DNA of 64,000 bases from a virus, in IMG/VR virus record IMGVR_UViG_3300035193_000045; one strand, 5' to 3'. A program made the translations under genes and the position numbers. The notes under the pieces are model-generated. The model made no database searches. It saw nothing but the letters and a program-made list of their open reading frames with translations, and was not told where the DNA came from. Below, piece by piece: positions 17,569 to 27,706 of this stretch (position 1 is the stretch's first letter; each line of letters starts with the position of its first letter).

Positions 17569-20500
17569 AGTTTTTCAGAAGCACCTACATTCTTTGCCCA
17601 TTGCTCAAATACCATTGGATGGATATAACTAGCCTTTGCAATACTAGGAGTATTGTTCAATATTGTAGCTACTTTTTTACTTGTTTCCAACAACGCTTTA
17701 GCTAATAATCGTTTATCCTTTTTACTATCCCCGGTTAATGGAGGAGGAGTGTCAACTTCTTTTAATAATCTTTCAGCTGATTCCGTAGCCTTAATTGTTC
17801 TAAGGTCTTTTACTTTCATTCCTTTAGGAAGTATATTTTTTCCAATATCTAAAGCATTAGGATTAAATATATTACTATCTTCAGTAGCATTCCTTACATA
17901 ATACTCTAAGGCTTTTAATGTTACAGGATTCTGAACCACTGTAACATTCTTCTTACCTTCTTTACCAATAAAGTTTAAAACAGCCATTTTATTATTTAAA
18001 GCAATGTGATCCTTTTTTAAAGTACTTATACCGTAGTGACCATGCTTTTTAACACTTTCCATACTACCTGGACGTAATCCTGTTTCTGCAATAATAGCTA
18101 ATATAGTATGGCCTTGATGATCAATGCTACCAGGTTTTTCCTTAATTAATTTTTCATTCAATGTATTCACAATTTCTTTTTTCTTACTTCTAAATTTATT
18201 AATTCTATCCCATTTTTTCTTAGCATTTATTTCATGAAATTTTGGAGTATACCCACTTTGAACTTTCCCCTTAGTGTCTTTCCAAGTAATAATTGCTTTA
18301 CTATTTATATCACCAGAAAAATCTACTCTTACATCTGAAGCCGGAATAGTGGCTTGTGGTAACTTATCCACTTTTAATTCTTTTAATTTAGCTTGTACTT
18401 TACCAGGCAATTGAGAACCCGGAGGTTCCCTCTTAATAGGTTTATTTTCTACTTCATCTTTATAAGGTATAGTATGCTCAGCATTTGCCCATTTACCACC
18501 TTTAGGTCCTATGAATAAGGCTTTACGTAAATCAGATTCATTGATCGTAAAACCTTTTCTTATTTTAACTATTCCTGGATCTCCTTCTAGTATTGTAGCG
18601 TTGATACCTTGCTCACGTAAATTATTCATAGCTATTTTAGCATCATCTACGTCTATAGAAAAATTAGTTTGGTAGACATCATGGATATCGTCAGAAGCAA
18701 CTTTTTTAAGTTTTATATTCTTAGCGGAAACATAAGCTAAACTAGATTCCGCTTCTTTTACATTTTGCGGTTTTGATGGCCTTCCCCTACCTTGCTTAAC
18801 AGGTTCCTCTTTTATAGCTTCTCGTTTAAATGTAAGAGGTGGCTCTTTAATAGCCACTCGAGTCATTTTGTTCTTAGAACCAGGAGGTCTCCCTCGTTTC
18901 TTCTTTTCAGGCTCTTGAATAACCATTGAAGGAATAGCAACTCTTTTAATGTTTTTTGATCCAGGAGGTCTTCCACGTTTCTTTTTTTCAGGTTCTTGTT
19001 CAATTACTTCCTTAATTGGTTCCCTTATAACAAAAGCTAGTTTTTGTTCTTCTTGTTTAGGAACCTCTATGGGAATAACAGGAACATCGGGTTTATCTTC
19101 TTTAATAGGTAATTCCTTATTTTCTTCTATAGGCGTTTTACCTCCATGAATTTTATTCAATATATCACTGACGGTTAAGGGCTTATTCATCCATGCAATT
19201 TCTTCCTGCGTCAGCTTCTTTCCCTGATTTACTTTTTTAGATAATTCATATTTCCTTTTAATTATCTCCGTAACTGAAGAATCAAATAAATTATTAGAAG
19301 CGGTAACCCAATAAACATTTACGTTATTCTTTTGTCCAATTCTGTGTGCTCTATCCTCTGCTTGGCGCAAATCAGCAGCAGTCCAAGGTAAATCATTAAA
19401 AATAACTTTATCAGCAGCAGTTAAAGTAGCTCCTACAGCCATTGATTGGCGAGTAGTTATAAATACTCGTTTAGGAGAAACAAAATCACCGTTACCATCT
19501 GTTTTTTGAAACTCTTCCTTTACTGCTTCCCTTTTATCATCACTCATTTGTCCATGATGCAATAAGGAAATATTACCTAATTCTTCATGAATCTTTTTAG
19601 CTGCATCAACTGAATCAGTAAATACTATTATTTTTGAATCAGATGAATCTAATATCTCTTTAGCCAAATCAATAGTAGCAGGAACCTTTCCGATCGCTAC
19701 AGCAGCTTTAATTTTAGCAATTTCACCAATATCTTTATTTGCACCATAATCGGGTAAATTAGGTATGTCTTGTTGAATAATAGAAGTAACTTTTTCAGGT
19801 AAATCTTTTAAAACCTCTTCCTTACTCCTCGCAATATAGAAATCCTTCATATCACGCCAAAGTCCGCCAATAGTAGCAAATTTTATTTGATTTTTAGACG
19901 TAAATTTACCAGGTGCAACAACTTCCAACTGAGTAAATAATTCTTCTTTTTTATTTTTAACCGCCGTTCCAGACAATAGAATATGATGCTTTACTAATGC
20001 CGATACCTTTTGAATTGCTTTTGTCTGTTTAGCTTTAGGATTCTTCATCCTATGCGATTCATCAACCACTACTGTATCAAAACCAGCATCCTTTAAATAA
20101 GGATAAAACTTATTCAAAGATTCATAATTAACAGTTACAAGGTTCTTATCTTTAAGGTTTGGAACTCTATTATTTCTTATATCAGAAGATACTAATTCAG
20201 TTCCTTTAAACTGTCCTGGAAAAAACTTATCCGCTTCTTGTAGCCAAGTACGCCTTACTACTTTCGGAACAACTAAAATTGTTTTCTTATTTCCTTTAGC
20301 TAACCAAGCCAAAGTTTCAAGCGTCTTTCCAAGACCCATAGAATCCCCAATCAAAGCATTTCCATTTGTTTTATCTAAAAAATGAACTGCTTCATTTTGA
20401 TAAGGAAATAATGAATATTTACTGTCTAATAATTTCTGTACTTCAGGAATTGGCTTTTGTAATTCAGCTTGGTATCTCGCTTTTTCATTTTGTGCTTCTT

Positions 20501-22115
20501 TTAAGCCTTCTTCATCTATATATAACTTATAATTAGGCAATTGCTTCTTTATCTGTTGCAATGCTTCTTCTACTAAATTCAGTTCATGCGTTTCTCTAGC
20601 CCAATTATTGTCTTTATTTGCATAAAAAATACCAGACAATCCACCAGTTTTATTGGAAAATAAATCATTAAACTCTGAAGAATAGGTAGACCAAAAAGCA
20701 AATTTATCTTTACCTATTTTCTTAAGAACAATTGCATCTTTAATTCTTCTATCTTTAATGCTTTGCAAAGCTTCATCTACAGTAAGGTCCTTTTCATCTT
20801 TTTCAGATACTTTTTGTTTTCGTTCCCCCTTAATTGGATGAACTTTTATACCTATTTCCCCCATATCCTTCCTATAAGATTCAAAATCAAAATCATCTAA
20901 ATATTGTTCTTTAATAAAGTTCTCGCCGTTACTAAACCATACGTTGTATTTTTTATTAATGTCTCGAAACTTGCTAAAAGTTTCTCTATCAACCCTTCCA
21001 TCTACTGGAAGAGTGAGGCTCCCCCAAGTTTTATTGTAATAAGGTTTAATATCCGCTTTATAACCCTTACCTTCTCTTGTATCTGCTAATCCTAATTTAT
21101 GGTATTCTTCAATGCTATAGGCACCAACTATTTGACGTTTATATTTTTGAAGTAATTGCCGCTTTGCATTTACACCAGTTACAGATCTCCATCTGTCCAT
21201 ATCTACATAACTAAATCCAGTGTCGTCTTTTTCACGAGGATTAATTGCTTGATGACTATATAAAGCTTCACCTATTCTATCTAAAATTTGTTCAGCTTCT
21301 TCGTCACTATACCGTTCTTTAGTTTCTGAATAACTATGTACTTCGTCTTTCCAAGGTATAGTGTGTTCTGGATCAGCCCATTTACCTCCACGTGGACCGA
21401 TAAATGGGCCTTTTTGTGCTTTATTTAAAGCTTCATTGTAGTCTTCAATATAGGAATCTGTATCTATATCATAATGAAAATATGATATACCTTCATCTTC
21501 CCCTTTATTTAATCCATCTACTCTAATACCCGTATTGGGTTTAATTTGAATAGCTCGGTCATCCCAAAGTTCAGCCATATGCAGATCTTTTTCGTATACT
21601 ACCGGTAATTCTTCTCCAATATATTTTTTGCACCATTTCTTTATAGCGGTAATAGATGCTCTAAAATCACTAGAATTTGGATTTGCTCTAGCAGTCATAA
21701 TTTTTACATTTTTATTATTGGCAATCCATTCCTTAACTCTATCAACCATTTTAGGAATTGGCTTACCAATAGAAGCAGAGCCTTTATATTCATGGTATTC
21801 CGCTAATGTCCCATCTAAATCAACGCCAATCCAAGAAGGATTGGAACCAAGACTCTTATTTAATTTTCCCTTATCTAATACTTTACTTATATCCGCAAGC
21901 ATCATATTAGTTTGGTCTTTATAACCTATTTCCCATTGCTTTAATACTTCTAATAGAACTGGATCAGTAAACAATTTATCTTTATCATCTATAGCTTTAA
22001 TTAAACGATTCTTTAAATCAAAATCTACTTCCCCAATGTAATCAGCAATAGATTTTACTAAAGAAACTCTTTTAGAAAAAAGTTCTTCCTTATTTGCTTC
22101 TATTTGTATACGCAT
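17550..22115 (-). CDS. giant polyvalent protein: HAD phosphatase-like + SNF2 helicase + AT-hooks + type IB topoisomerase-like domain
   Basis: HAD: GVDLDGTL / MTAR / LWDDRA. SNF2: GDSMGLGKT, VVVDESHRMKN, LLSGTAVKN, QAEDRAHRIGQ. AT-hooks: two KKKRGRPPGSKN plus GRGRPSKP. Topo IB: LNFIGKEGKKNVTVV, VKDLRTIKAT, LNNTPSIAKASYIHP (Tyr codon 17625-17627). Also two FIGP[RK]GGKWA modules. Confidence 0.85.
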   Translation of the reverse strand: MRIQIEANKEELFSKRVSLVKSIADYIGEVDFDLKNRLIKAIDDKDKLFTDPVLLEVLKQWEIGYKDQTNMMLADISKVLDKGKLNKSLGSNPSWIGVDLDGTLAEYHEYKGSASIGKPIPKMVDRVKEWIANNKNVKIMTARANPNSSDFRASITAIKKWCKKYIGEELPVVYEKDLHMAELWDDRAIQIKPNTGIRVDGLNKGEDEGISYFHYDIDTDSYIEDYNEALNKAQKGPFIGPRGGKWADPEHTIPWKDEVHSYSETKERYSDEEAEQILDRIGEALYSHQAINPREKDDTGFSYVDMDRWRSVTGVNAKRQLLQKYKRQIVGAYSIEEYHKLGLADTREGKGYKADIKPYYNKTWGSLTLPVDGRVDRETFSKFRDINKKYNVWFSNGENFIKEQYLDDFDFESYRKDMGEIGIKVHPIKGERKQKVSEKDEKDLTVDEALQSIKDRRIKDAIVLKKIGKDKFAFWSTYSSEFNDLFSNKTGGLSGIFYANKDNNWARETHELNLVEEALQQIKKQLPNYKLYIDEEGLKEAQNEKARYQAELQKPIPEVQKLLDSKYSLFPYQNEAVHFLDKTNGNALIGDSMGLGKTLETLAWLAKGNKKTILVVPKVVRRTWLQEADKFFPGQFKGTELVSSDIRNNRVPNLKDKNLVTVNYESLNKFYPYLKDAGFDTVVVDESHRMKNPKAKQTKAIQKVSALVKHHILLSGTAVKNKKEELFTQLEVVAPGKFTSKNQIKFATIGGLWRDMKDFYIARSKEEVLKDLPEKVTSIIQQDIPNLPDYGANKDIGEIAKIKAAVAIGKVPATIDLAKEILDSSDSKIIVFTDSVDAAKKIHEELGNISLLHHGQMSDDKREAVKEEFQKTDGNGDFVSPKRVFITTRQSMAVGATLTAADKVIFNDLPWTAADLRQAEDRAHRIGQKNNVNVYWVTASNNLFDSSVTEIIKRKYELSKKVNQGKKLTQEEIAWMNKPLTVSDILNKIHGGKTPIEENKELPIKEDKPDVPVIPIEVPKQEEQKLAFVIREPIKEVIEQEPEKKKRGRPPGSKNIKRVAIPSMVIQEPEKKKRGRPPGSKNKMTRVAIKEPPLTFKREAIKEEPVKQGRGRPSKPQNVKEAESSLAYVSAKNIKLKKVASDDIHDVYQTNFSIDVDDAKIAMNNLREQGINATILEGDPGIVKIRKGFTINESDLRKALFIGPKGGKWANAEHTIPYKDEVENKPIKREPPGSQLPGKVQAKLKELKVDKLPQATIPASDVRVDFSGDINSKAIITWKDTKGKVQSGYTPKFHEINAKKKWDRINKFRSKKKEIVNTLNEKLIKEKPGSIDHQGHTILAIIAETGLRPGSMESVKKHGHYGISTLKKDHIALNNKMAVLNFIGKEGKKNVTVVQNPVTLKALEYYVRNATEDSNIFNPNALDIGKNILPKGMKVKDLRTIKATESAERLLKEVDTPPPLTGDSKKDKRLLAKALLETSKKVATILNNTPSIAKASYIHPMVFEQWAKNVGASEKLWKEVG

Positions 22116-22116
22116 T

Positions 22117-22587
22117 TTACTTATGAATTGTTACTGCTTTATCAGTAACTGAAAAAGGTTCATTATACTTGCTTATACCAAACCATGCGGCAAGGGATAG
22201 AATTAAAAGAATAAGTGCTTCAATTAATCTAATTTTAAGATTAGTAGATAATGTAAATTTCTTTTTATTTGGCGGTTTAGAATCAAATAAAGAACCCAAT
22301 TTATTTCCTACTGATTCTTTTTCTTTTCTATCCCAAGCTTTATACAATGGACAAGTATTTTGAGCTAAGCTAATACCCTGCTCTATCAATCCAGGAATCT
22401 CTTTAATCACTGGAAGTACTTCTTGGGCTACGGTTCGTTCTAGTCTTTCAAAATTAACTGATTGCTTTCCAATTTGAATAGATTGTTCAATCACAATTTC
22501 ATTGAACCTAGTAATTTGGATATCCATTTGTTGCGTATAAAGTTGTAATACTTTTTCTATACTCTCAATCTCATCTTTCCTAGCCAT
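22117..22587 (-). CDS. hypothetical protein with C-terminal transmembrane helix
   Basis: LIEALILLILSLAAWFGI lies near the C-terminus; the N-terminal part looks coiled-coil. Confidence 0.55.
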   Translation of the reverse strand: MARKDEIESIEKVLQLYTQQMDIQITRFNEIVIEQSIQIGKQSVNFERLERTVAQEVLPVIKEIPGLIEQGISLAQNTCPLYKAWDRKEKESVGNKLGSLFDSKPPNKKKFTLSTNLKIRLIEALILLILSLAAWFGISKYNEPFSVTDKAVTIHK

Positions 22588-22968
22588 TTATTCCCCCCAA
22601 GCACAATAAAAACCAGATAAAGCTACAGTTAATGCCTTAATACTAAAATTACTAATCAAAGCGTTCATAAAAAAACTAGCTTTTGGGTAAGTAGTGTCTG
22701 TATGGCGTATCAATAAAATAGGAACATTACTGCTATTTATAGTTAGTTCACAATCATTATTAACTACTAATAGAATACCTTTAATTGTAGCAATATCTCC
22801 AAAAGAAAGAACTTCTGTTCCTCCTATATCAATATTAATAGTACCGGAACAATATTTATCATATTCAGAAACAGTAATCTTAGCTAGGTCATTACTTAAA
22901 CCAAAATATAAATCACTTAAATCTGATTCTTTTATAATTCTAGCGTTTACTATATGTTCCAATTTCAT
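22588..22968 (-). CDS. hypothetical protein
   Basis: 126 aa, abuts the next gene with no gap; no motif recognised. Confidence 0.55.
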   Translation of the reverse strand: MKLEHIVNARIIKESDLSDLYFGLSNDLAKITVSEYDKYCSGTINIDIGGTEVLSFGDIATIKGILLVVNNDCELTINSSNVPILLIRHTDTTYPKASFFMNALISNFSIKALTVALSGFYCAWGE

Positions 22969-22970
22969 AA

Positions 22971-23156
22971 TTATTTATCCTTATCTAAAATTCGCAACGG
23001 CTGAAAACCGTTCAATACGTCACATTCATTCGATGGTTTAACAACTGACGGTAATATTCCATGCATAATCTTAATTCTACATTTATAAATAGTTTTAGGT
23101 CTAGCACTTCTTCGCATAAAGGTACAATTACGACAAATATGTTTTATCTCAGACAT
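22971..23156 (-). CDS. small Cys-rich protein
   Basis: Start refined to MSEIKHICRNCTF (GGAGGG 3 nt upstream); the track ORF extends to 23216. Confidence 0.45.
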   Translation of the reverse strand: MSEIKHICRNCTFMRRSARPKTIYKCRIKIMHGILPSVVKPSNECDVLNGFQPLRILDKDK

Positions 23157-23361
23157 TATCCCTCCTATTATGGTAACCTTCTTCCCAATTAAGACACCTA
23201 TTATAAAAAGAATCATTCGTAGTATGTTTAGATGCTTCGTAAATTAATTGATTAGCATCTTTTAACAAAGATTCGTAATAACTAATTACTTCACCAGAAA
23301 TATGTAACCTAGACAATACATCCGCATAACGATCAACAAATTTCTTATCAATAGTACTCAT
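23149..23361 (-). CDS. hypothetical protein
   Basis: 70 aa directly downstream of the portal gene. Confidence 0.5.
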   Translation of the reverse strand: MSTIDKKFVDRYADVLSRLHISGEVISYYESLLKDANQLIYEASKHTTNDSFYNRCLNWEEGYHNRRDNV

Positions 23362-23376
23362 CGCAATTTCCTTATT

Positions 23377-24984
23377 TTACAAAACTACATCCAATATTAA
23401 ACTTTTTTTCACTTCATCATCTTCTTCATTTTGATCAACTAAATCATCCTCAGAATATTTAGACAATAAAGATCTTATATCTTGTTCCCCATTACCCCCT
23501 TTCTCATTATCATCTTGTGTCATTCCATTTTCATTTTGGTCACCTTCTTCTTGTTGCTGCATTGCTTGTGCTTGTTGTTTATTCTGGATATAAACCTGAT
23601 TGAGTATAATGTCTCCTTGGTCATCCGGTAATGGGGGTCTATCTTCTTCAGCCCTTAATTCATTTACAGTAATATAGGTTTGAACACGTTTCTGATTTCT
23701 TGTAGCTACTGCATCTTTTGTTTCTGCATCAAGCCCCATAAACTCAAAAGTAAAATCAGAATTAATAGGCTCTACTAAATGAATAGCAATTAATTCACCT
23801 ATGTCATTCAATAATGGACGTAAACCGCGCTCTTTACTTTCAATAATCTTTTCAGCAGATGAACTTTCAACCAAAGCTCTCGATTGACCGGTATTGCCAT
23901 AATTGAAATTAATCTCTGCTGGATCAGTTGCATATACAGCAGAAGCTTCTTTAATAAGAAAATCCATCCATGCAGAAAACTCCATATCCCTATGTGTCTG
24001 CTGCATATTAATCCATTCAATTCCATCGGTATTAGTTATAGGAGTTTTCCATGCATTATTCACTGAAGAAAGTAAGTTATACCAATGCCTTTTAAATTCA
24101 GCAAATTGCTTAGCATTCGCTGTTCCTTTAAAATTCAAAATACCTTTGGCACTAGAACCTTGTGTAAAAAACTTCTGATTATATTGATGGCCGTACAATA
24201 ACGAAGTAATTGTAGACACCAATAATTCTAATTCACTTACACCATATCCTTGAAGCCTGATATTAGTATTTGGGTGTCTTACACCAAATACCATTTCATA
24301 TTGGGTATATTCATTGATCACTACTCCATCGTATACTTGTACATATCTAATCTCTTTAGTTTTGTCTTCATCATTGAATACGTTCCCATTATCTGCAATA
24401 CGAATAGTAGCTGCGTCTGTTGCGTACCATTCAGCAGGTAAACCTTTTCTATTGGGGACTATTTCAAAACACATTTGATCATATATAAGAGTGTCAAATA
24501 CTAATTTTTTTAGAAATGTTTTAAAACTATCCCTCCCTCTAGGATTATTAGTCACTCCTGTATTTAATAAAATATTATTCATTTGTGCAATGAATTTCTG
24601 TTCTTGTTTTGTGGTATTCTTATCCTTGTCCTTTAATACCACTCTAAACCCCAATGAGAATTTATCTTGTTGTGGAGTTGCAAAAGCCGCTACTTGATTC
24701 ATTCTAAGAAATACAATTGCTTGAACAATTGGAAGTTTACAAAAAATATTCCACAAAGTAATATATGTAATAGAGGAAGGCCGATCCTTATATCCAAATT
24801 GTTCTACTATTGAATAAGGATCAAAGAAAATAGACTTAGGATCATTATCTGCCTTTTGCACTGGATTAGATAATTGCTGTGCTTGAACATTGATTGCTTG
24901 CCGTGACTGCTCAAGTTTAGCTTTTATCAAATCCGTAGCAATAGGCATCATTTCTTGAAAAGTACTAATAATGCCCATAATCAA
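23377..24984 (-). CDS. portal protein
   Basis: 535 aa with an acidic C-terminal tail. The central ...RDMEFSAWMDFLIKEASAVYATDPAEINF... resembles the portal wing/stem region. Lies within the head-assembly neighbourhood. Confidence 0.7.
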   Translation of the reverse strand: MIMGIISTFQEMMPIATDLIKAKLEQSRQAINVQAQQLSNPVQKADNDPKSIFFDPYSIVEQFGYKDRPSSITYITLWNIFCKLPIVQAIVFLRMNQVAAFATPQQDKFSLGFRVVLKDKDKNTTKQEQKFIAQMNNILLNTGVTNNPRGRDSFKTFLKKLVFDTLIYDQMCFEIVPNRKGLPAEWYATDAATIRIADNGNVFNDEDKTKEIRYVQVYDGVVINEYTQYEMVFGVRHPNTNIRLQGYGVSELELLVSTITSLLYGHQYNQKFFTQGSSAKGILNFKGTANAKQFAEFKRHWYNLLSSVNNAWKTPITNTDGIEWINMQQTHRDMEFSAWMDFLIKEASAVYATDPAEINFNYGNTGQSRALVESSSAEKIIESKERGLRPLLNDIGELIAIHLVEPINSDFTFEFMGLDAETKDAVATRNQKRVQTYITVNELRAEEDRPPLPDDQGDIILNQVYIQNKQQAQAMQQQEEGDQNENGMTQDDNEKGGNGEQDIRSLLSKYSEDDLVDQNEEDDEVKKSLILDVVL

Positions 24985-24996
24985 AAATCCTTTATA

Positions 24997-27297
24997 TTAC
25001 ATACGGCCGCAATTAGGACAAACTGTTATTGCTTTACTAAAAGTATTACTGCAATGTCTACACTTATTAACAGTACTTAAAGGAATACCAGATAAAGGAC
25101 GATTCATTAAATGGGCTTTGTAAAAAGATTCGTCTTGCATAGAACGAACAGCCATTTCATCAGATGTCATTCGTACATTCTCAATTGACTTCTGCACAGG
25201 CTCATCTGGTTCAATGTAAACCATATCATTTTTCATTAATTGAGTTTTTCGTAAAGCAACTTCTCTAGCCATATAGTCATGCGCCTGAGTAGAAATGTTA
25301 AGGCTTTTTCTTGCAGTGTTCTCAATAGGCTTCTTATGATCTTTCATATTTTTCTCGTCTACTTCATCATCTTCAGATAACTTCTTTACAGACGGCTTTG
25401 CTACACCTCTATCAAGGGTAGCGCTACCATTACCAGGAATACCAGAAGATTTTCCTTTACCATCTAATGATTGATCTCCTTGTTCTTTACCTTTCCCAAT
25501 AACAGGTAAAGACTCATCCTCAATTGTTGATTTCAAGAAAGTCTCTAAGATTTCAGTTTCCCTCATTCCTTTATTTAAACTTTTAACAAAATCACTCCAT
25601 GAATCTGAAATAGGTTTATGGGTAACAGCGTCATGCTTTACGTCTCTTAATAAATCCCCTTCTTTAAATGACCAATATTCTAAAGTAACATTTTTATCTC
25701 TACCTGGACTACTATGCTTAAATACTCCGCCAAGTTTATGTAAATCATCCATAGAATTTAATTTATTACGATTTAGTTTATGTAATAAATTTCTAATGGG
25801 TTTATAAGCATCTTCATAAATATATCGATAACCCCCTCCCGGTTTAGGTATTCGTTGTTTGTATTTACCACCTATAGGATTACCTTTTTCTAAATCAATT
25901 TCTTCATTTCCTAGTGATTTATTATACGTAGACGAATATTTCTGTTTTAAATATGTTAAAGCCGTCTGCTTATTTTCCGAATTCAAATCTTTACCAGAAT
26001 TTTTAACAGCCATTCCAGCAAGTTTGTTAAAAGCTTTATTCCTATCGTACGTCCCTAATTTTCGTAATTGCACAAGCCATTTCTTTCCGTCAGCTGACCC
26101 TAATGCCCTGTCAATATAACTAGTAATACCTTTTCTATCTTTCTTCCCACCAATTTCATATTTACCATTTTCATAAAAATAAACATAACCTCCTCCCTTT
26201 TTAGGAACTTTTCTAATATACTTTCCGCCTCGGTCTGCTTTAATTAATTCATCATCCGTAATACCTATACAAAACATTGCTTTTTCCATTTCCTTACCTC
26301 CTAAATATTTTCTAGCCCTATTCTGTAAGGCTACTTTTTGTTGTTCCGATAAACCACACTTAGACTGAGGAATGCGGGCAATTGCATTCCGTGTATGTGC
26401 TAAATCAATTTTACCGTCCATTCCTCTATAAGGAAAATGACGCAATGAACGAGGTATTGTCTTACCACTTTCATCTTTCTTTCCCCCTGATTCAATGTAA
26501 AGAAAAGCACTATCCGGTAAATCATTCATATGCGCATTTGACCAAACTGCCTTTTGTAAATTATTATGAAACATATATTTACCAATTGCTTTATTAAAAT
26601 TTTTAGGAGAAATCACCATAGTTATTTTAGACCCATTTTTATTTAATCCATATAATCCATTACTAATTAAATTATTCCAAGAAATATTATCATATTCCAG
26701 TTTATAATTAGAGATTAAAGAATTTGCCACATTAATAAAATCTTTATTACCAGAACTTTGTATAGAATCATAAGACATTCCTGTAATTTTTTTCCATATA
26801 GATAACGATACTTTAGAATTTAGTTCCCTATATCCTTTATCATCAAAATATTTCAACAAAGTGTCCGTTTGCGAACCACTTAAATCTTTAAGAGATTTTT
26901 TAACCCAAACCTCTTTTATAGAACCAAGATGACTTTGTTTGGGAACCTTTTGATTAAATCCTAAATAACTATCACTAATTGCATTAATGGGGTTACCTCT
27001 GTCATCTAATACAAACCTAATATTATATTTCTGGGCAATGTCGATAGGGTCAAAATATTTATTATCTCTGGCATAGTACCTATCATCATCAGTAGTTTCA
27101 ACATAAGCGTATTTTCCATCCCATTTAGATAAACTAAATCCCTTTTTATCCTTAATGGTTGTATCATTAGGCAATTTGTCTAATATAATTTTAGTAGAAA
27201 TACTTTCATTACCTTCTTTCCAAGGTATAGTGTGTTCTGGATCAGCCCATTTACCTCCACGTGGACCGATAAATGGGCCTTTTTGTGCTTTATTCAT
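24997..27297 (-). CDS. large polyvalent/virion-associated protein
   Basis: 766 aa. N-terminal QKGPFIGPRGGKWADPEHTIPWK module, two GGKYxxRxPKxGGGYxYxYE modules, LRHFPY...HTRNAIARIPQ motif and a C-terminal CRHC...CPNC zinc ribbon. Immediately upstream of the portal gene. Confidence 0.6.
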   Translation of the reverse strand: MNKAQKGPFIGPRGGKWADPEHTIPWKEGNESISTKIILDKLPNDTTIKDKKGFSLSKWDGKYAYVETTDDDRYYARDNKYFDPIDIAQKYNIRFVLDDRGNPINAISDSYLGFNQKVPKQSHLGSIKEVWVKKSLKDLSGSQTDTLLKYFDDKGYRELNSKVSLSIWKKITGMSYDSIQSSGNKDFINVANSLISNYKLEYDNISWNNLISNGLYGLNKNGSKITMVISPKNFNKAIGKYMFHNNLQKAVWSNAHMNDLPDSAFLYIESGGKKDESGKTIPRSLRHFPYRGMDGKIDLAHTRNAIARIPQSKCGLSEQQKVALQNRARKYLGGKEMEKAMFCIGITDDELIKADRGGKYIRKVPKKGGGYVYFYENGKYEIGGKKDRKGITSYIDRALGSADGKKWLVQLRKLGTYDRNKAFNKLAGMAVKNSGKDLNSENKQTALTYLKQKYSSTYNKSLGNEEIDLEKGNPIGGKYKQRIPKPGGGYRYIYEDAYKPIRNLLHKLNRNKLNSMDDLHKLGGVFKHSSPGRDKNVTLEYWSFKEGDLLRDVKHDAVTHKPISDSWSDFVKSLNKGMRETEILETFLKSTIEDESLPVIGKGKEQGDQSLDGKGKSSGIPGNGSATLDRGVAKPSVKKLSEDDEVDEKNMKDHKKPIENTARKSLNISTQAHDYMAREVALRKTQLMKNDMVYIEPDEPVQKSIENVRMTSDEMAVRSMQDESFYKAHLMNRPLSGIPLSTVNKCRHCSNTFSKAITVCPNCGRM

Positions 27298-27302
27298 TTA
27301 AG

Positions 27303-27500
27303 TTACTCCTTATTTGAAGAATACTCTTCTATGCCTTTTTCTAAGGCTTCATAATCCTTAATAGTCTTACCTAATTGACTAAAAAGCTCTTTAGCTTCTT
27401 GTATAGTAATATCTATAGACAATTCTTTATCTATAAATAAAATTGATATTCGATTACAATCCCAACGACAATGAGTAAATACTCTCGGGGATTCAGCCAT
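27303..27500 (-). CDS. hypothetical protein
   Basis: 65 aa ORF tiling with neighbours. Confidence 0.5.
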   Translation of the reverse strand: MAESPRVFTHCRWDCNRISILFIDKELSIDITIQEAKELFSQLGKTIKDYEALEKGIEEYSSNKE

Positions 27501-27706
27501 TAATTGGCCTTTTTATATTCTTGAAGATTCGGACGAATCCAAGAAGGCAAAGAGGCATTGTCCTTTAGATAATGCAATGATGCTCGTTCACAATGCCGAT
27601 TTGTACACGAATACACATTGCGCTCTAAATGACCAATTCGAAGGTATTCCCCCTTCACAGGAAATCCACATACTTTACAAAAAAGTTCCATTTCATTATC
27701 CCTCAC
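27500..27706 (-). CDS. zinc-ribbon protein
   Basis: CKVCGF...CTNRHC Cys pairs in 68 aa. Confidence 0.5.
   Translation of the reverse strand: MRDNEMELFCKVCGFPVKGEYLRIGHLERNVYSCTNRHCERASLHYLKDNASLPSWIRPNLQEYKKAN

Noticed and set aside
18880-19040. 81-bp tandem repeat inside the giant gene considered as a DNA-level element
   Set aside because: It is fully explained as a duplicated protein segment encoding AT-hooks (QEPEKKKRGRPPGSKN...RVAI), in frame and diverged at synonymous sites.
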